This document shows positions 19,274 to 29,094 of a DNA stretch of 64,000 nt, piece by piece (the stretch's first letter is position 1; each line of letters opens with the position of its first letter). Source of the stretch: Verrucomicrobiota bacterium (GTDB lineage: Bacteria > Verrucomicrobiota > Verrucomicrobiia > Limisphaerales > UBA11358); contig JBEKZM010000002.1 of assembly GCA_049509875.1 (NCBI GenBank), positions 115,727-179,726 on the forward strand. The letters run 5' to 3'. The notes beneath the pieces were generated by a model, which had not been told where the DNA came from, made no database searches, and saw only the letters and a program-made list of their open reading frames with translations. Both the position numbers and the translations under genes were made by a program.

Positions 19274-19801
19274 TTAGGGCTTGGCCGGAGGTGCCGGCTT
19301 GGCCGCGGCCGTGGTTTTGGCCGGCGCGGCTTTTTTGGCTGGCGCGGCAGGTTTCCGCACGAGGAGTTCCACCGAGCCGCCTTTGGCTTCAACTTTCGTC
19401 TTCGCCGAGGCACTGATGGCGCTCACCACCAGGGTCAGCTTCTTGGTCAGTTCACCGCCGCCGAGCACTTTGACGCCGCTGGAACGGCCGTTGGCCAAAC
19501 CGACTGATTGCAGCGCCGTTTCATCCACGCGCGCGCCGTCTTCGAACTGGTTCAAATCACCCACGTTCACGGCTATATAAGTCGTGGCAAATTCGGCATT
19601 ATTAAATCCGCGTTTGGGAATACGCCGGATGAGCGGCATCTGGCCGCCTTCAAAACCGATGCGGACGGAGCTGCCCGAGCGCGCCGTCTGGCCCTTGCCG
19701 CCGCGACCGGAGGTCTTGCCGTGGCCGGTGGCTTCACCTTGGCCGAGCCGTTTGCGGCGATGTTTGGCGCCGGGACGGGGTTGCAAATTGTGTAGTCGCA
19801 T
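19274..19801 (-). CDS. rplO: 50S ribosomal protein L15
   Basis: GKTSGRGGKGQ, GFEGGQMPL. Confidence 0.97.
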   Translation of the reverse strand: MRLHNLQPRPGAKHRRKRLGQGEATGHGKTSGRGGKGQTARSGSSVRIGFEGGQMPLIRRIPKRGFNNAEFATTYIAVNVGDLNQFEDGARVDETALQSVGLANGRSSGVKVLGGGELTKKLTLVVSAISASAKTKVEAKGGSVELLVRKPAAPAKKAAPAKTTAAAKPAPPAKP

Positions 19802-19813
19802 AAATTCTCAGTA

Positions 19814-20557
19814 TCAGGCGCTGGCCGGAACCGCTTGCGGTGGCTTCGGAGTTTCAATTTTCTTAAACGCCAGCCCGCGGCCCTGGTAGATCTGTTCGCG
19901 GGTCCGCAGGCTCAACAAGGCCTTCAAGGTCGCCTTCACCACGTTGGCCGCGTTCTTGGAACCGAGCGATTTGGTCAAAATATCTTTCACCCCGGCGGAC
20001 TCCAACACGGAGCGGACCGTCTTGCCGGCGATGATGCCGGTACCCGGCGAGGCTGGACGCAGCAGGATTTTTGCGCCGCCATAAGTCGAATAAATTTCGT
20101 GCGGAATGGTCACGCCCTTCAACGAAACCGAGAGCATCTTCGCCCGGGCCAGTTCGCCGCCGCGGCGGATGGCGTCCGCCACTTCGGCGGCCTTGCCGAG
20201 CGCGACGCCTACCTTGCCCTTCTTGTCGCCAACCACAACGAGCGCGCTGAACTTGAAGCGACGTCCGCCCTTGACGACCTTGGAGGAGCGGTTGATGAAG
20301 ACCACCTTCTCGGTGAGTTCTTCGCCGCCGTTTTCAAAGGCGTTCTCGCCCACTTCCACCGGCTTGCGGCCGCGACCGCCACGACCGCCGCGGGGTCCGC
20401 GCTGGTCGCGCTGCGGTCTGTGCTCTCTTTGCACCGCGGGGGCAGCCGGCGCGGATGCGGGTGCGGGTGCAGTTGCCTGTGCCGGAACAGTTGCCGGAGC
20501 AGGTGCCGATGCCGGCGCGGGCGCAGGTGCCGGTACAATGTTTTCGTTTTCAGCCAC
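19814..20557 (-). CDS. rpsE: 30S ribosomal protein S5 with long N-terminal extension
   Basis: KVVKGGRRFKFSALVVVGD, PASPGTGIIAG; GTG start. Confidence 0.96.
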   Translation of the reverse strand: MAENENIVPAPAPAPASAPAPATVPAQATAPAPASAPAAPAVQREHRPQRDQRGPRGGRGGRGRKPVEVGENAFENGGEELTEKVVFINRSSKVVKGGRRFKFSALVVVGDKKGKVGVALGKAAEVADAIRRGGELARAKMLSVSLKGVTIPHEIYSTYGGAKILLRPASPGTGIIAGKTVRSVLESAGVKDILTKSLGSKNAANVVKATLKALLSLRTREQIYQGRGLAFKKIETPKPPQAVPASA

Positions 20558-20577
20558 AATAAATTCTCCGGTTCAGG

Positions 20578-20937
20578 TTAAAATTTCAGTCCGGCTTCGC
20601 GCGCGGCATCGGCCAGCGCCTTGATTTTGCCATGATAACGCGTGCCACCGCGGTCAAACACCACCGCCGTTATGCCCTTGTCCAGGGCATTTTTCGCGGC
20701 GATCACGCCCACTTTCTTCGCACCCGCCAAGTTGGCGGACAATTCCTTCGTCTCACCCTTGCCCACCGTGGAGGTCGCGGCCAGCGTCTTGCCGGCAACA
20801 TCGTCGATAAACTGGACATGGATGTTTTCGTTGGTGAAGCGGACGCTCATGCGGGGGCGTTCGCTGGTGCCGCTCACGCGCTTGCGGATGCGCCAATGGC
20901 GCAATTGCTTCAACTTTAATTTCTTTTCCGTTCTCAT
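20578..20937 (-). CDS. rplR: 50S ribosomal protein L18
   Basis: RPRMSV, VFDRGG..YHGKIKALADAAR. Confidence 0.97.
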   Translation of the reverse strand: MRTEKKLKLKQLRHWRIRKRVSGTSERPRMSVRFTNENIHVQFIDDVAGKTLAATSTVGKGETKELSANLAGAKKVGVIAAKNALDKGITAVVFDRGGTRYHGKIKALADAAREAGLKF

Positions 20938-20946
20938 TTCATTGGC

Positions 20947-20966
20947 TTCACGGATTTGGCCGTGAA
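20947..20966 (-). promoter_or_regulatory. 20-nt hairpin 9 nt upstream of rplR, identical to the one upstream of rplE
   Basis: TTCACGG-CCAAAT-CCGTGAA on the mRNA strand. Confidence 0.6.
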
Positions 20967-20975
20967 TAAAAATTG

Positions 20976-21512
20976 TTATTGGACGGTCTTGCCTTCCTTG
21001 CGCGGGACATGTTCGCCCACATAGCGCACGCCCTTGCCCTTATAAGGCTCCGGCGGGTAGAAACTGCGGATTTCCGACGCCACCTGCCCGACCACCTTTT
21101 TATCCGGGCCCTCAATCGTGAGCTTGGTGTTCTCTTCCACGGTGACCTTGATCTGGTCCGGTATGTCGTAATTGATCGGGTGGGAATAACCGAGCACCAG
21201 GTTCACGATTTTGCCCTGGACGGCGGCCTTGAAACCAACACCCTGGATTTCGAGCTTTTTGACAAACCCCTCGCTAACACCCTTGACCATGTTATTGACC
21301 AGCGCGCGGCTCGTGCCGTGCAGCGCCCTGGATTGGGCGTCTTCACCGGCGCGGCTGACAATGATCTTGCCGTCTTCCACCTTGAGGCTGGTGCGGTGCG
21401 GCAGTTCCCAGTCGAGTTTGCCTTTTGGCCCTTCCACCAGGATTTTCTGCCCTTTGACCTCCACCGTCACTTTAGGCGGAATGGCAATCGGTTGTTTTCC
21501 TATGCGCGACAT
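20976..21512 (-). CDS. rplF: 50S ribosomal protein L6
   Basis: MSRIGKQPI, GYSHP, PEPYKGKG. Confidence 0.98.
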   Translation of the reverse strand: MSRIGKQPIAIPPKVTVEVKGQKILVEGPKGKLDWELPHRTSLKVEDGKIIVSRAGEDAQSRALHGTSRALVNNMVKGVSEGFVKKLEIQGVGFKAAVQGKIVNLVLGYSHPINYDIPDQIKVTVEENTKLTIEGPDKKVVGQVASEIRSFYPPEPYKGKGVRYVGEHVPRKEGKTVQ

Positions 21513-21539
21513 AAATTCGTAATGCGTAATGCGTGAATA

Positions 21540-21926
21540 TCACCAGACGTAGCAGAGCAATTCTCCGCCCAAGTTTTTCTTGCGGGCCTGCGAATCGGTG
21601 AGCAGGCCTTCCGAGGTCGAGACAATCGCCACGCCCAGGCCGCCGCGCACGCGCGGAATTTCGGTGGCGCCGACATAACGGCGCAAGCCCGGAGTGCTGA
21701 CGCGCTTGAGGCCCTCGATCACGCTCTTCTTGCCGTTGAACTTGAGGCGAATTTTCAGTTTCTTCTTGGTTTCACCCTCCACCCCCACGTCGGAAACGTA
21801 ACCCTCAGCCTGGAGGATTTTGGCCACGCTCTCCTTGATGCGGGAATGCGGCAGTTCCACGGCGGGCAGATGCGCCGCACCCGCGTTGCGGATGCGCGTC
21901 AACATGTCAGAAATCGGATCGCTCAT
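21540..21926 (-). CDS. rpsH: 30S ribosomal protein S8
   Basis: DPISDMLTRIRNA, STPGLRRY, GGELLCYVW. Confidence 0.98.
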   Translation of the reverse strand: MSDPISDMLTRIRNAGAAHLPAVELPHSRIKESVAKILQAEGYVSDVGVEGETKKKLKIRLKFNGKKSVIEGLKRVSTPGLRRYVGATEIPRVRGGLGVAIVSTSEGLLTDSQARKKNLGGELLCYVW

Positions 21927-21998
21927 ATTATTTTACTCTCGTCCTTCGTTTCGGCCCCGTCACCATTGCGGAGCCGACGGCAAGCACGAATCAAATTT

Positions 21999-22268
21999 TT
22001 ACCAACTGGCCTTGGTCACTCCGGGAATCAGGCCGTTCAAAGCGGCCTCGCGGAAGGTGAGGCGGGACACGCCGAACTTGCGCCAGTAGCCGCGGCGGCG
22101 GCCGCTCATGGCGCAACGATTGACCACGCGCGTTGGGCTGGCATCCCGGGGCAGCTTCGCCAAGCCGGCGTAATCGTGCTTCGCCTTCAATTCTGCGCGC
22201 TGCGCGGCAAATTTCTTCACCGTCGCCCTCTTGCGGTTATTGCGCTCGATCCATGCTTTCTTGGCCAT
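21999..22268 (-). CDS. rpsN: 30S ribosomal protein S14 (89-aa, zinc-independent type)
   Basis: [26 protein letters not shown]; only one Cys. Confidence 0.96.
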   Translation of the reverse strand: MAKKAWIERNNRKRATVKKFAAQRAELKAKHDYAGLAKLPRDASPTRVVNRCAMSGRRRGYWRKFGVSRLTFREAALNGLIPGVTKASW

Positions 22269-22277
22269 AACAAATTT

Positions 22278-22820
22278 CTATTTTTCAGCAAACGGAAATC
22301 CCATCAGTTTGAGCAGGTCACGCGCCTGTTCGTCGCTCGCAGCGGTCGTCACAATCGTGATATCCATGCCCTGCTGCCGCTTGATCTTGTCCAGCTCGAT
22401 TTCCGGGAAAATCGTCTGGTCGGCCACGCCGAAAGTGTAGTTGCCGCGCCCGTCAAATTTGCGGGGCGACAAACCGCGGAAGTCGCGAATCCGGGGCAGC
22501 GCCGCCGCCACCAGTCGGTCAAAGAACTCATACATCACGTCTTTGCGGAGGGTCACATGGCAGCCAATCGGCTGGTTTTTGCGCAGTTTGAAATTGGCGA
22601 CGTCCTTGCGCGCGCGGCTGATCACCGGCTTGCGGCCGGTAAGCTGCGTCAGATCCTTGGCGGCGTCTTCAATGGCGCCCTTTTCCAGCGACGCATTGAT
22701 GCCCATGTTCACCACGATCTTAACAAACTTGGGAATCTGGTGGAGGTTCTTGAAATTGTGCTTAGCCTTGAGGGCCGGCACCACTTCATCCGTATATTTC
22801 TTGTAAAGTCTGGCTTTCAT
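22278..22820 (-). CDS. rplE: 50S ribosomal protein L5
   Basis: KIVVNMG, LPRIRDFRGL, FDGRGNY; start 22820 (alternative 22829). Confidence 0.97.
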   Translation of the reverse strand: MKARLYKKYTDEVVPALKAKHNFKNLHQIPKFVKIVVNMGINASLEKGAIEDAAKDLTQLTGRKPVISRARKDVANFKLRKNQPIGCHVTLRKDVMYEFFDRLVAAALPRIRDFRGLSPRKFDGRGNYTFGVADQTIFPEIELDKIKRQQGMDITIVTTAASDEQARDLLKLMGFPFAEK

Positions 22821-22828
22821 GGTTTCCA

Positions 22829-22848
22829 TTCACGGATTTGGCCGTGAA
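22829..22848 (-). promoter_or_regulatory. 20-nt hairpin 8 nt upstream of rplE, identical to the one upstream of rplR
   Basis: TTCACGG-CCAAAT-CCGTGAA on the mRNA strand. Confidence 0.6.
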
Positions 22849-22856
22849 AAAATCGC

Positions 22857-23096
22857 TTACGCGGCGGCCGCCTCCGCCTTCTTCACATTCGAGATGTGGA
22901 TCGAGCCCTCGCGCTCAATGATGGCGCCATTGGGGTTCTGCGGGTTCTTTTTCGTGTGGCGCTTGATCAGCTGGAGGCCTTCAACGATCACCCGTTGCTG
23001 GCCGGAAAGAATGGCGATAATCTTGCCGCTCTTGCCTTTTTCCTTGCCGCTGATGACGGTGACCTGGTCGCCTTTTTTGACGTGAAATTTTGGCAT
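22857..23096 (-). CDS. rplX: 50S ribosomal protein L24 (short, 79 aa)
   Basis: VKKGDQV.VISGKEKGK KOW motif, IHISNV. Confidence 0.95.
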   Translation of the reverse strand: MPKFHVKKGDQVTVISGKEKGKSGKIIAILSGQQRVIVEGLQLIKRHTKKNPQNPNGAIIEREGSIHISNVKKAEAAAA

Positions 23097-23100
23097 AACT

Positions 23101-23466
23101 TCAAATGACTTCGGGCGCAAGTGATATGATCTTCATGAATTTCTTGTCGCGCAGTTCGCGGGCCACGGGGCCAAAAATGCGCGTTCCCTTGGGATTCAAT
23201 TCCTTGTCGATGATCACACACGCATTGCTGTCGAAGCGCAAAACCGAACCGTCGGCGCGCTTGATGATCTGCCGGGTGCGCACGACCACCGCGTCATGCA
23301 CCTCGCCCTTTTTCACCGCGCCATCGGGCGCGGCGTCCTTGATGTGGACCTTGATGATGTCGCCGATGCCGGCATACCGCTGATTGCGGCCCGTGACGCC
23401 AATGTTCCAGGCGATCTTCGCCCCGGTATTATCGGCCACATCCAAACTGGATCGAACTTGCAACAT
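23101..23466 (-). CDS. rplN: 50S ribosomal protein L14
   Basis: [28 protein letters not shown]. Confidence 0.98.
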   Translation of the reverse strand: MLQVRSSLDVADNTGAKIAWNIGVTGRNQRYAGIGDIIKVHIKDAAPDGAVKKGEVHDAVVVRTRQIIKRADGSVLRFDSNACVIIDKELNPKGTRIFGPVARELRDKKFMKIISLAPEVI

Positions 23467-23490
23467 AAATTCTTAAAACGTCAGCGGCGC

Positions 23491-23805
23491 TTAGGCGGCC
23501 ACCGCGGGTTCCTGCGCGCCGCGCTCGACCACTTCCACGAGCTTCCAGCGTTTGAGCTTGGACAGCGGGCGTGATTCCTCGATGCGCACGGTGTCGCCCA
23601 CCCGGGCCTCGGCCTTTTCGTCGTGGGCGTAAAATTTCTTGTAAGAAGTCACGATCTTCTTGAACTGCCGGTGGGGGAAACGGCGCTCCACACGAACCAC
23701 GATGGTCTTGGTCATCTTGTTGGAGACGACTTCGCCGACGCGCTGTTTGCGTTTGCCGGTCGCGGCCACGGGTGCCGCCACGGTGTTGGTTGCTTCTTCG
23801 GCCAT
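23491..23805 (-). CDS. rpsQ: 30S ribosomal protein S17
   Basis: [27 protein letters not shown]. Confidence 0.97.
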   Translation of the reverse strand: MAEEATNTVAAPVAATGKRKQRVGEVVSNKMTKTIVVRVERRFPHRQFKKIVTSYKKFYAHDEKAEARVGDTVRIEESRPLSKLKRWKLVEVVERGAQEPAVAA

Positions 23806-23811
23806 ACAAAA

Positions 23812-24024
23812 TTAATTAGCGACGGGTTGGGCCGCCTGGTTGCGCAGGGCGGAGATGCGGGTTTCGAGGCGGGCGATGTCCCGTCGGAGGGTGCGCAGGC
23901 GCGCGGGTTTTTCCAACTGCGCGCTCGCCTGTTGCAGGCGCAGTTGAAACATCTCATGCCGGAGGTCGCGGCTCTTGGCCGCCAGTTCCACCAGCGTCAT
24001 GTCTTTGATTTCAGCAAATTTCAT
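23812..24024 (-). CDS. rpmC: 50S ribosomal protein L29
   Basis: FQLRLQ...RRDIARLET; synteny. Confidence 0.93.
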   Translation of the reverse strand: MKFAEIKDMTLVELAAKSRDLRHEMFQLRLQQASAQLEKPARLRTLRRDIARLETRISALRNQAAQPVAN

Positions 24025-24030
24025 GGGCTC

Positions 24031-24453
24031 TCAGCGTGCGCGTTGATGGCGCGAAATAAACTTGGTTTTGATTGGCAACTTGGTCGCGGCCAGACGCATC
24101 GATTCCCGCGCCTCCGCCTCGGTTATCCCTTCCACCTCGAACAAAACGTTGGCCGGACGGATGACCGCCACCCAGCCCTCCAGGGGCGCCTTGCCCTTGC
24201 CCATTCGGGTTTCCAGCGGCTTCTTGGTGTACGATTTCTGCGGGAAAACCCGGATCCACATCTTCCCTTTGCGCTTCATGTAGCGGGTGATGGCCACGCG
24301 GCAGGCCTCGAGTTGCTTGCCATCCATCCAGCAGCGTTCCAGCGCCATCAAGCCGTATTCGCCAAAGGCCACGGTGTTGCCGCTCATCGCGAGGCCCGTG
24401 CGGCTGCCGCGGTGCATTTTGCGATATTTTACTTTTTCGGGCTGCATTGCCAT
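24031..24453 (-). CDS. rplP: 50S ribosomal protein L16
   Basis: [20 protein letters not shown]. Confidence 0.97.
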   Translation of the reverse strand: MAMQPEKVKYRKMHRGSRTGLAMSGNTVAFGEYGLMALERCWMDGKQLEACRVAITRYMKRKGKMWIRVFPQKSYTKKPLETRMGKGKAPLEGWVAVIRPANVLFEVEGITEAEARESMRLAATKLPIKTKFISRHQRAR

Positions 24454-24475
24454 AACAAGATTCTTTCTCTAAAAG

Positions 24476-25144
24476 TTAACTGGCCGCGGGCGCCTCAGCC
24501 TTCGCTTCCTTCTTCTGCGGCTTGTTTTCGCCCTTGCAAATCCAGCACTTGATCCCGAGCTTGCCATAGACGGTATTGGCCTCGGCGAACCCATAATCGA
24601 TTTCCGCGCGCAGCGTGTGCAGCGGGACTCGGCCCCAGTGGTACATCTCCACCCGCGCCAGCTCCGCGCCGCCCAAGCGGCCGGCCGCGCGCACTTTGAT
24701 GCCCTCCGCCCCGAAATCCTTGGCGGTCTGCAGCGCCTTCTTCATGGCGCGGCGGAACGAAACGCGGCGTTCGAGCTGCAAGGCGATGTTTTCGGCCACG
24801 AGCTGGGCATCCAGCTCGGGCTGCTTCACCTCGACGATATCGACATAAACTTCCTTGCCGGTCTTGCGGCTCAATTCCTCCTTGAGCTTGTCGATTTCGG
24901 AGCCCTTGCGGCCGATGACCACGCCCGGCCGGGCGGTGAGAATGGTGACGCGGCAGCGGTTGGTGGCGCGCTCGATCAAAATCTTCGGGACGGAGGCGGT
25001 CTCGAGTTTCTTCTTAAGCAATTGGCGAATCTCGCGGTCTTCGCTCAACAGCTTGGGAAATTCCTTCTTGTCGGCGTACCACTTGGAACGCCAGTCTTTG
25101 TTGACGGCGACGCGCAGGCCGATTGGATTGGTTTTTTGACCCAT
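24476..25144 (-). CDS. rpsC: 30S ribosomal protein S3
   Basis: [29 protein letters not shown]. Confidence 0.98.
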   Translation of the reverse strand: MGQKTNPIGLRVAVNKDWRSKWYADKKEFPKLLSEDREIRQLLKKKLETASVPKILIERATNRCRVTILTARPGVVIGRKGSEIDKLKEELSRKTGKEVYVDIVEVKQPELDAQLVAENIALQLERRVSFRRAMKKALQTAKDFGAEGIKVRAAGRLGGAELARVEMYHWGRVPLHTLRAEIDYGFAEANTVYGKLGIKCWICKGENKPQKKEAKAEAPAAS

Positions 25145-25145
25145 A

Positions 25146-25478
25146 TTATTCGTCGGACAAGGTGATTTTAATGTGGCAGCGGCGCTTGAGGATGGGACCG
25201 GCGGAACCGCGGGCCTTGGGTTGAAAACGCTTGATGGTCGTGGCGGTCCCGGCGACGGCTTCCTTGATGCGCAAGGTCTCGGGCCGGAGCTTGTTGTTGT
25301 TCTCCGCATTGGCAATCGCGGATTTGAGCGTCTTGGCGGCGTAGCGGGCGCCTTTGCGGGGAACCACCGCCAGCACCGCCTGCGCCTGCAAGGCCGGGAG
25401 TCCCTGGATTTGCCGGACAACCTCGCGCATTTTCTGCGCGGACATCGGGATGTTTTTTTGAATTGCGAAAACTTCCAT
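25146..25478 (-). CDS. rplV: 50S ribosomal protein L22
   Basis: [16 protein letters not shown]. Confidence 0.96.
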   Translation of the reverse strand: MEVFAIQKNIPMSAQKMREVVRQIQGLPALQAQAVLAVVPRKGARYAAKTLKSAIANAENNNKLRPETLRIKEAVAGTATTIKRFQPKARGSAGPILKRRCHIKITLSDE

Positions 25479-25481
25479 AAA

Positions 25482-25763
25482 TTACTTGGCCTCCGCCTTG
25501 GCAGTATGGGCGCCGTGCTTCTTGAACGTGCGGGTCAGCGCGAATTCACCCAGCTTGTGGCCCACCATGTTCTCCGTCACGAAAACCGGGCTGAACACCT
25601 TCCCATTGTGGACGGTGAACGTAAGACCCACAAAATCGGGCGTGACGGTGGAGCGCCGCGACCAAGTCTTGATCGGCGTCTTTTGATTGGCGGCCTTGGC
25701 CTTCTGGATTTTGACCAGCAGGTGCTCTTCCACGTACGGGCCTTTTTTAATCGAACGTCCCAT
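25482..25763 (-). CDS. rpsS: 30S ribosomal protein S19
   Basis: [16 protein letters not shown]. Confidence 0.98.
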   Translation of the reverse strand: MGRSIKKGPYVEEHLLVKIQKAKAANQKTPIKTWSRRSTVTPDFVGLTFTVHNGKVFSPVFVTENMVGHKLGEFALTRTFKKHGAHTAKAEAK

Positions 25764-25772
25764 ATAATGATT

Positions 25773-26627
25773 TTACTTGGTCTTGATCGGCAGTCCGTTG
25801 CGACGAACCACGATGAAACGGTTGGAATACTTGTATTTGACGCGGGTCTTGCCGCCTTTGGCCACCTTGCCCCAGGGCGACATCAACTGCTGCCAGCCGC
25901 CGCCGGACTTGGACTTGCCTTGACCGCCGCCGTTGGGGTGATCCACCGGATTCTTGGTCACGCCACGGTTGATCGGGCGGATGCCACGATGACGGGAACG
26001 GCCCGCCTTGCCCAAAATGACATTTTCGTGCTCCGGGTTGCCCACCTGGCCGATGGTGGCGTAGCATTCCTCATTGACGCGGCGAATTTCGCCGGAGGGG
26101 AGCCGCAGCTGCGCATAACCCGCATCCCGTGACATCAGCGTGGCGGAACCCCCCGCTGACCGCACCATCTGGCCGCCGCGTCCCGGGGTCAATTCAATAT
26201 TATGGATGGCGATGCCCACCGGAATCGCCTTGAGCGGAAGGGCATTGCCGACGTCCGGCGGAGCCGTGGGGCCGCTATAAACGGTGCCGCCCACCTTGAT
26301 GCCGATCGGGGCCAAAATGTAACGCTTCTCCCCGTCCTGGTATTGCAACAAGGCCAGCCGCGCCGAACGCAGCGGGTCATATTCGATCGCCGCCACCGTC
26401 GCCGCCACACCATGCTTGTTGCGCTTGAAATCCACGAGGCGGATCTTCTGCTTGTGACCGCCACCGATGCCGCGGGAAGTCATGCGACCGTAGCAATTGC
26501 GGCCGCCGGACTTCTTGCGAATTTCCACCAGCGACTTCTCAGGCTTTGTCTTCGTTATTTCGCTGAAGTCCGCAATCGTGATATATCGCGTGGACGGCGT
26601 CAGCGGCCTAAATGTTTTAACGGGCAT
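25773..26627 (-). CDS. rplB: 50S ribosomal protein L2
   Basis: [20 protein letters not shown]. Confidence 0.98.
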   Translation of the reverse strand: MPVKTFRPLTPSTRYITIADFSEITKTKPEKSLVEIRKKSGGRNCYGRMTSRGIGGGHKQKIRLVDFKRNKHGVAATVAAIEYDPLRSARLALLQYQDGEKRYILAPIGIKVGGTVYSGPTAPPDVGNALPLKAIPVGIAIHNIELTPGRGGQMVRSAGGSATLMSRDAGYAQLRLPSGEIRRVNEECYATIGQVGNPEHENVILGKAGRSRHRGIRPINRGVTKNPVDHPNGGGQGKSKSGGGWQQLMSPWGKVAKGGKTRVKYKYSNRFIVVRRNGLPIKTK

Positions 26628-26751
26628 AATAGCTAAAGTTTTTAATCAGCAACTTTTAGAAGTCGGCAGGCCATCAATCCTGTCCCTTGGCGGGCAATCA
26701 GTTATCGGTCTGCAAACAATGCTGTCCTTTCGGCCTTACGGGCGAAGAGGA
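26628..26751 (-). promoter_or_regulatory. Structured 5' leader of the rplB-led operon (candidate ribosomal leader)
   Basis: Several hairpins between the predicted TSS and the rplB ATG. Confidence 0.5.
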
Positions 26752-26757
26752 GCGCGA

Positions 26758-26785
26758 AGATTACCATAGTGAGCGACGAACGCAA
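26758..26785 (-). promoter_or_regulatory. Promoter TTGCGT-16-TAATCT (extended -10) of the ribosomal operon
   Basis: Near-consensus elements with a T/A-rich tract upstream. Confidence 0.65.
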
Positions 26786-26905
26786 TACCTTTTTTAAACT
26801 TTTTTTGATGCCCGCCGAACCGCCGGTCTCCAGCCCCGGCGCGACCCATTTCCCTGCCTGAAGCAGCCTCCAGACCCACTCAGCCCACCGCCAATCCCAT
26901 GATCC

Positions 26906-27949
26906 TCAACTGCCCTGCTCTTCTCCCGATCTCCCCGCTTTAGCCGCCTTAAGATTCTCCTCATCCTGTCTGGCGCAATCCGGACAGATGCTATGGGTAA
27001 AGGTGATCTCGGAGTGTTTGGCAATAAAGGCCTCCACCTGCTGCCAATACCCCTTGTCGTCGCGCACGCGTTTGCAGGTGGCGCACATGGGCAGCAGGCC
27101 GGTGAGGATCCGCACCTGCCGCGCCGAGGCCCGGAGTTCTTGAATCAGCGCCCGCCGCTCGGTCTCCGACCGCCTTTGCGGGGTCAAGTCGCGCGCGATG
27201 GAAGAGGCGCCGATGATCTCACCGGCGCCATCCCAAATGGGGGAAATGGTGACCGACACCGGAATGATGTTCCCATCCTTATGCAGCCGTTCGGTCTCCA
27301 ATTCACCGACGATTTCGCCCCGCTTGACGCGCGCCAGGATCTCCAGCATTTCCCGGCGGCGGTGCCCCGGAAACAGCAGCGAATTAGCGCGCCCGACGAT
27401 TTCCTCGGTGGGATAACCAAACAGCCGCTCGGCCGCGGGATTCCAGCTCACGATCAACCCCTCGAGGTTCTTGCCATAAATGGCGTCGCTGCTCGACTCG
27501 ACTAAAGCCGACAGAAACTGCATGGCCCCCTCAGCCCGTTTGTTCCGGCGCCGGACTTCCGCGGCGGCCAGCTCGCGCTTGAGCGCGGGCGCCAGCCGGG
27601 CCAGATTTCCCTTCATTACATAATCGTTTGCGCCCGCCTTCATCATGGCCACCGCTTCCTCCTCGCCATAAATTCCCGACACCATGATGAAGGGAATATC
27701 GGATCCCTGGCCGCGGAGCAAATGCAGCGCTTCCGGGCCGCCGAACTGGGGCAGGACGTAGTCCGCAACCACTGCGTCCCAGCGCCGGGCTTTGAGCGCC
27801 ATCAAAAAATCAGACTTCGTGGAGACGCATTGATGCTTGATGGTCAGGCCGGCGCGCGTCAATTGGGCCAGCAGCAATTCTTTGTCGGCGGCGGAATCTT
27901 CCAGGATCAGCAAACGGATGACATCCTTGTCCATAAAGTTTTTCCTCAT
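26906..27949 (-). CDS. Receiver-PAS signalling protein with Cys-rich C-terminal domain
   Basis: LILEDS/ADYVLP receiver, SWNPAAERLFGY PAS, LPMCATCKRVRDDKGYW...HSICPDC tail. Confidence 0.88.
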   Translation of the reverse strand: MRKNFMDKDVIRLLILEDSAADKELLLAQLTRAGLTIKHQCVSTKSDFLMALKARRWDAVVADYVLPQFGGPEALHLLRGQGSDIPFIMVSGIYGEEEAVAMMKAGANDYVMKGNLARLAPALKRELAAAEVRRRNKRAEGAMQFLSALVESSSDAIYGKNLEGLIVSWNPAAERLFGYPTEEIVGRANSLLFPGHRRREMLEILARVKRGEIVGELETERLHKDGNIIPVSVTISPIWDGAGEIIGASSIARDLTPQRRSETERRALIQELRASARQVRILTGLLPMCATCKRVRDDKGYWQQVEAFIAKHSEITFTHSICPDCARQDEENLKAAKAGRSGEEQGS

Positions 27950-28257
27950 TGACTATGGCACACAAACGGTTCGCGTCAACGCAGGACTGGCTTGGAAATG
28001 CCGATGAATCAAGAACTTCTGTCAGCACTGAAGCGGATTGGAAACGCGAAAGACGGCTCCGATGTCCCGGTTTTTCGGCGTTTTGCTGCGGCATGGGAAA
28101 AATTTGGTGTGACCTGACCATGATTTTACACCGCTGCCGCCGCGTTGCCGGGCGATTCCGGGCAGCGTGCCGATTCAAAGGCCACCGGGCTTGACCGGAA
28201 CGGTGCGCGAGGCCATTATCGCGGCGTCCCGAGCCATAACCCTACTCGAAACTAATT

Positions 28258-28851
28258 ATGAACGAATCTACTACTCAACTCAAAGATACCAGCGCCAATC
28301 CCGCGCCGCTCGGGTTGCTGGGATTCGGCATGACCACTGTTTTGCTCAACTTGCACAATGCCGGATGTTACGAGCTCAACAGCATGATTCTGGCGATGGG
28401 GATCTGCTACGGCGGCGCCGCGCAGGTTCTTGCCGGGCTGATGGAATGGAAGAAGGGGAACACGTTTGCCACCACGGCTTTTGTTTCCTACGGTTTTTTC
28501 TGGCTGTCGCTGGTGGTCCTCGTGGTTCTGCCCAAATTGAATTCCACCTTCACTGCGGCCAACGGGACGGCCATGGCCGCTTACCTCGCCCTCTGGGGCC
28601 TTTTCACCGCCGTGATGTTTTTGGGCACCCTCCGGCTCAGCCGCGCACTCCAGTTTGTTTTTGGAACGCTTACCATTTTGTTTTTTCTGCTGGCCATTGG
28701 CGATTACACCGACGCGAGCCCCGATTTCAAGCACGCCACGGGCTGGGAAGGCGTCGTTTGCGGCCTCTCAGCCATCTACACCGGCCTGGCCCATGTATTG
28801 AACGAACTGTATGGCAGAATCGTCCTCCCCTTGGGATCCATCAAGAAATAA
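28258..28851 (+). CDS. satP: Acetate uptake transporter (SatP/GPR1/FUN34/YaaH family)
   Basis: [15 protein letters not shown] signature, six TM segments; promoter TTGACC-17-CATTAT near 28191-28219. Confidence 0.93.
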   Translation: MNESTTQLKDTSANPAPLGLLGFGMTTVLLNLHNAGCYELNSMILAMGICYGGAAQVLAGLMEWKKGNTFATTAFVSYGFFWLSLVVLVVLPKLNSTFTAANGTAMAAYLALWGLFTAVMFLGTLRLSRALQFVFGTLTILFFLLAIGDYTDASPDFKHATGWEGVVCGLSAIYTGLAHVLNELYGRIVLPLGSIKK

Positions 28852-29094
28852 CGCCGTTCGCCCGCCATCCGATCATGGCCCTGCGGATTTTTTTTGCAGC
28901 GTCCTTGGGGTGGTTTAAGGGGTGCTCAGTTACCGCCCGAATGGCAGCCCGAGAATCAGCGGCTCCGACTGCCCCCTTGGGGTTCGCCGAAAAACCACAA
29001 TCGCTTGCTTTCGCTTGGAAAAAAACTTGAACGCCTTCGGGCCGGGTGCTTCACTTGCCTCTGGAAGTGTTGGTACAATTCACGCCAGTTGCGT

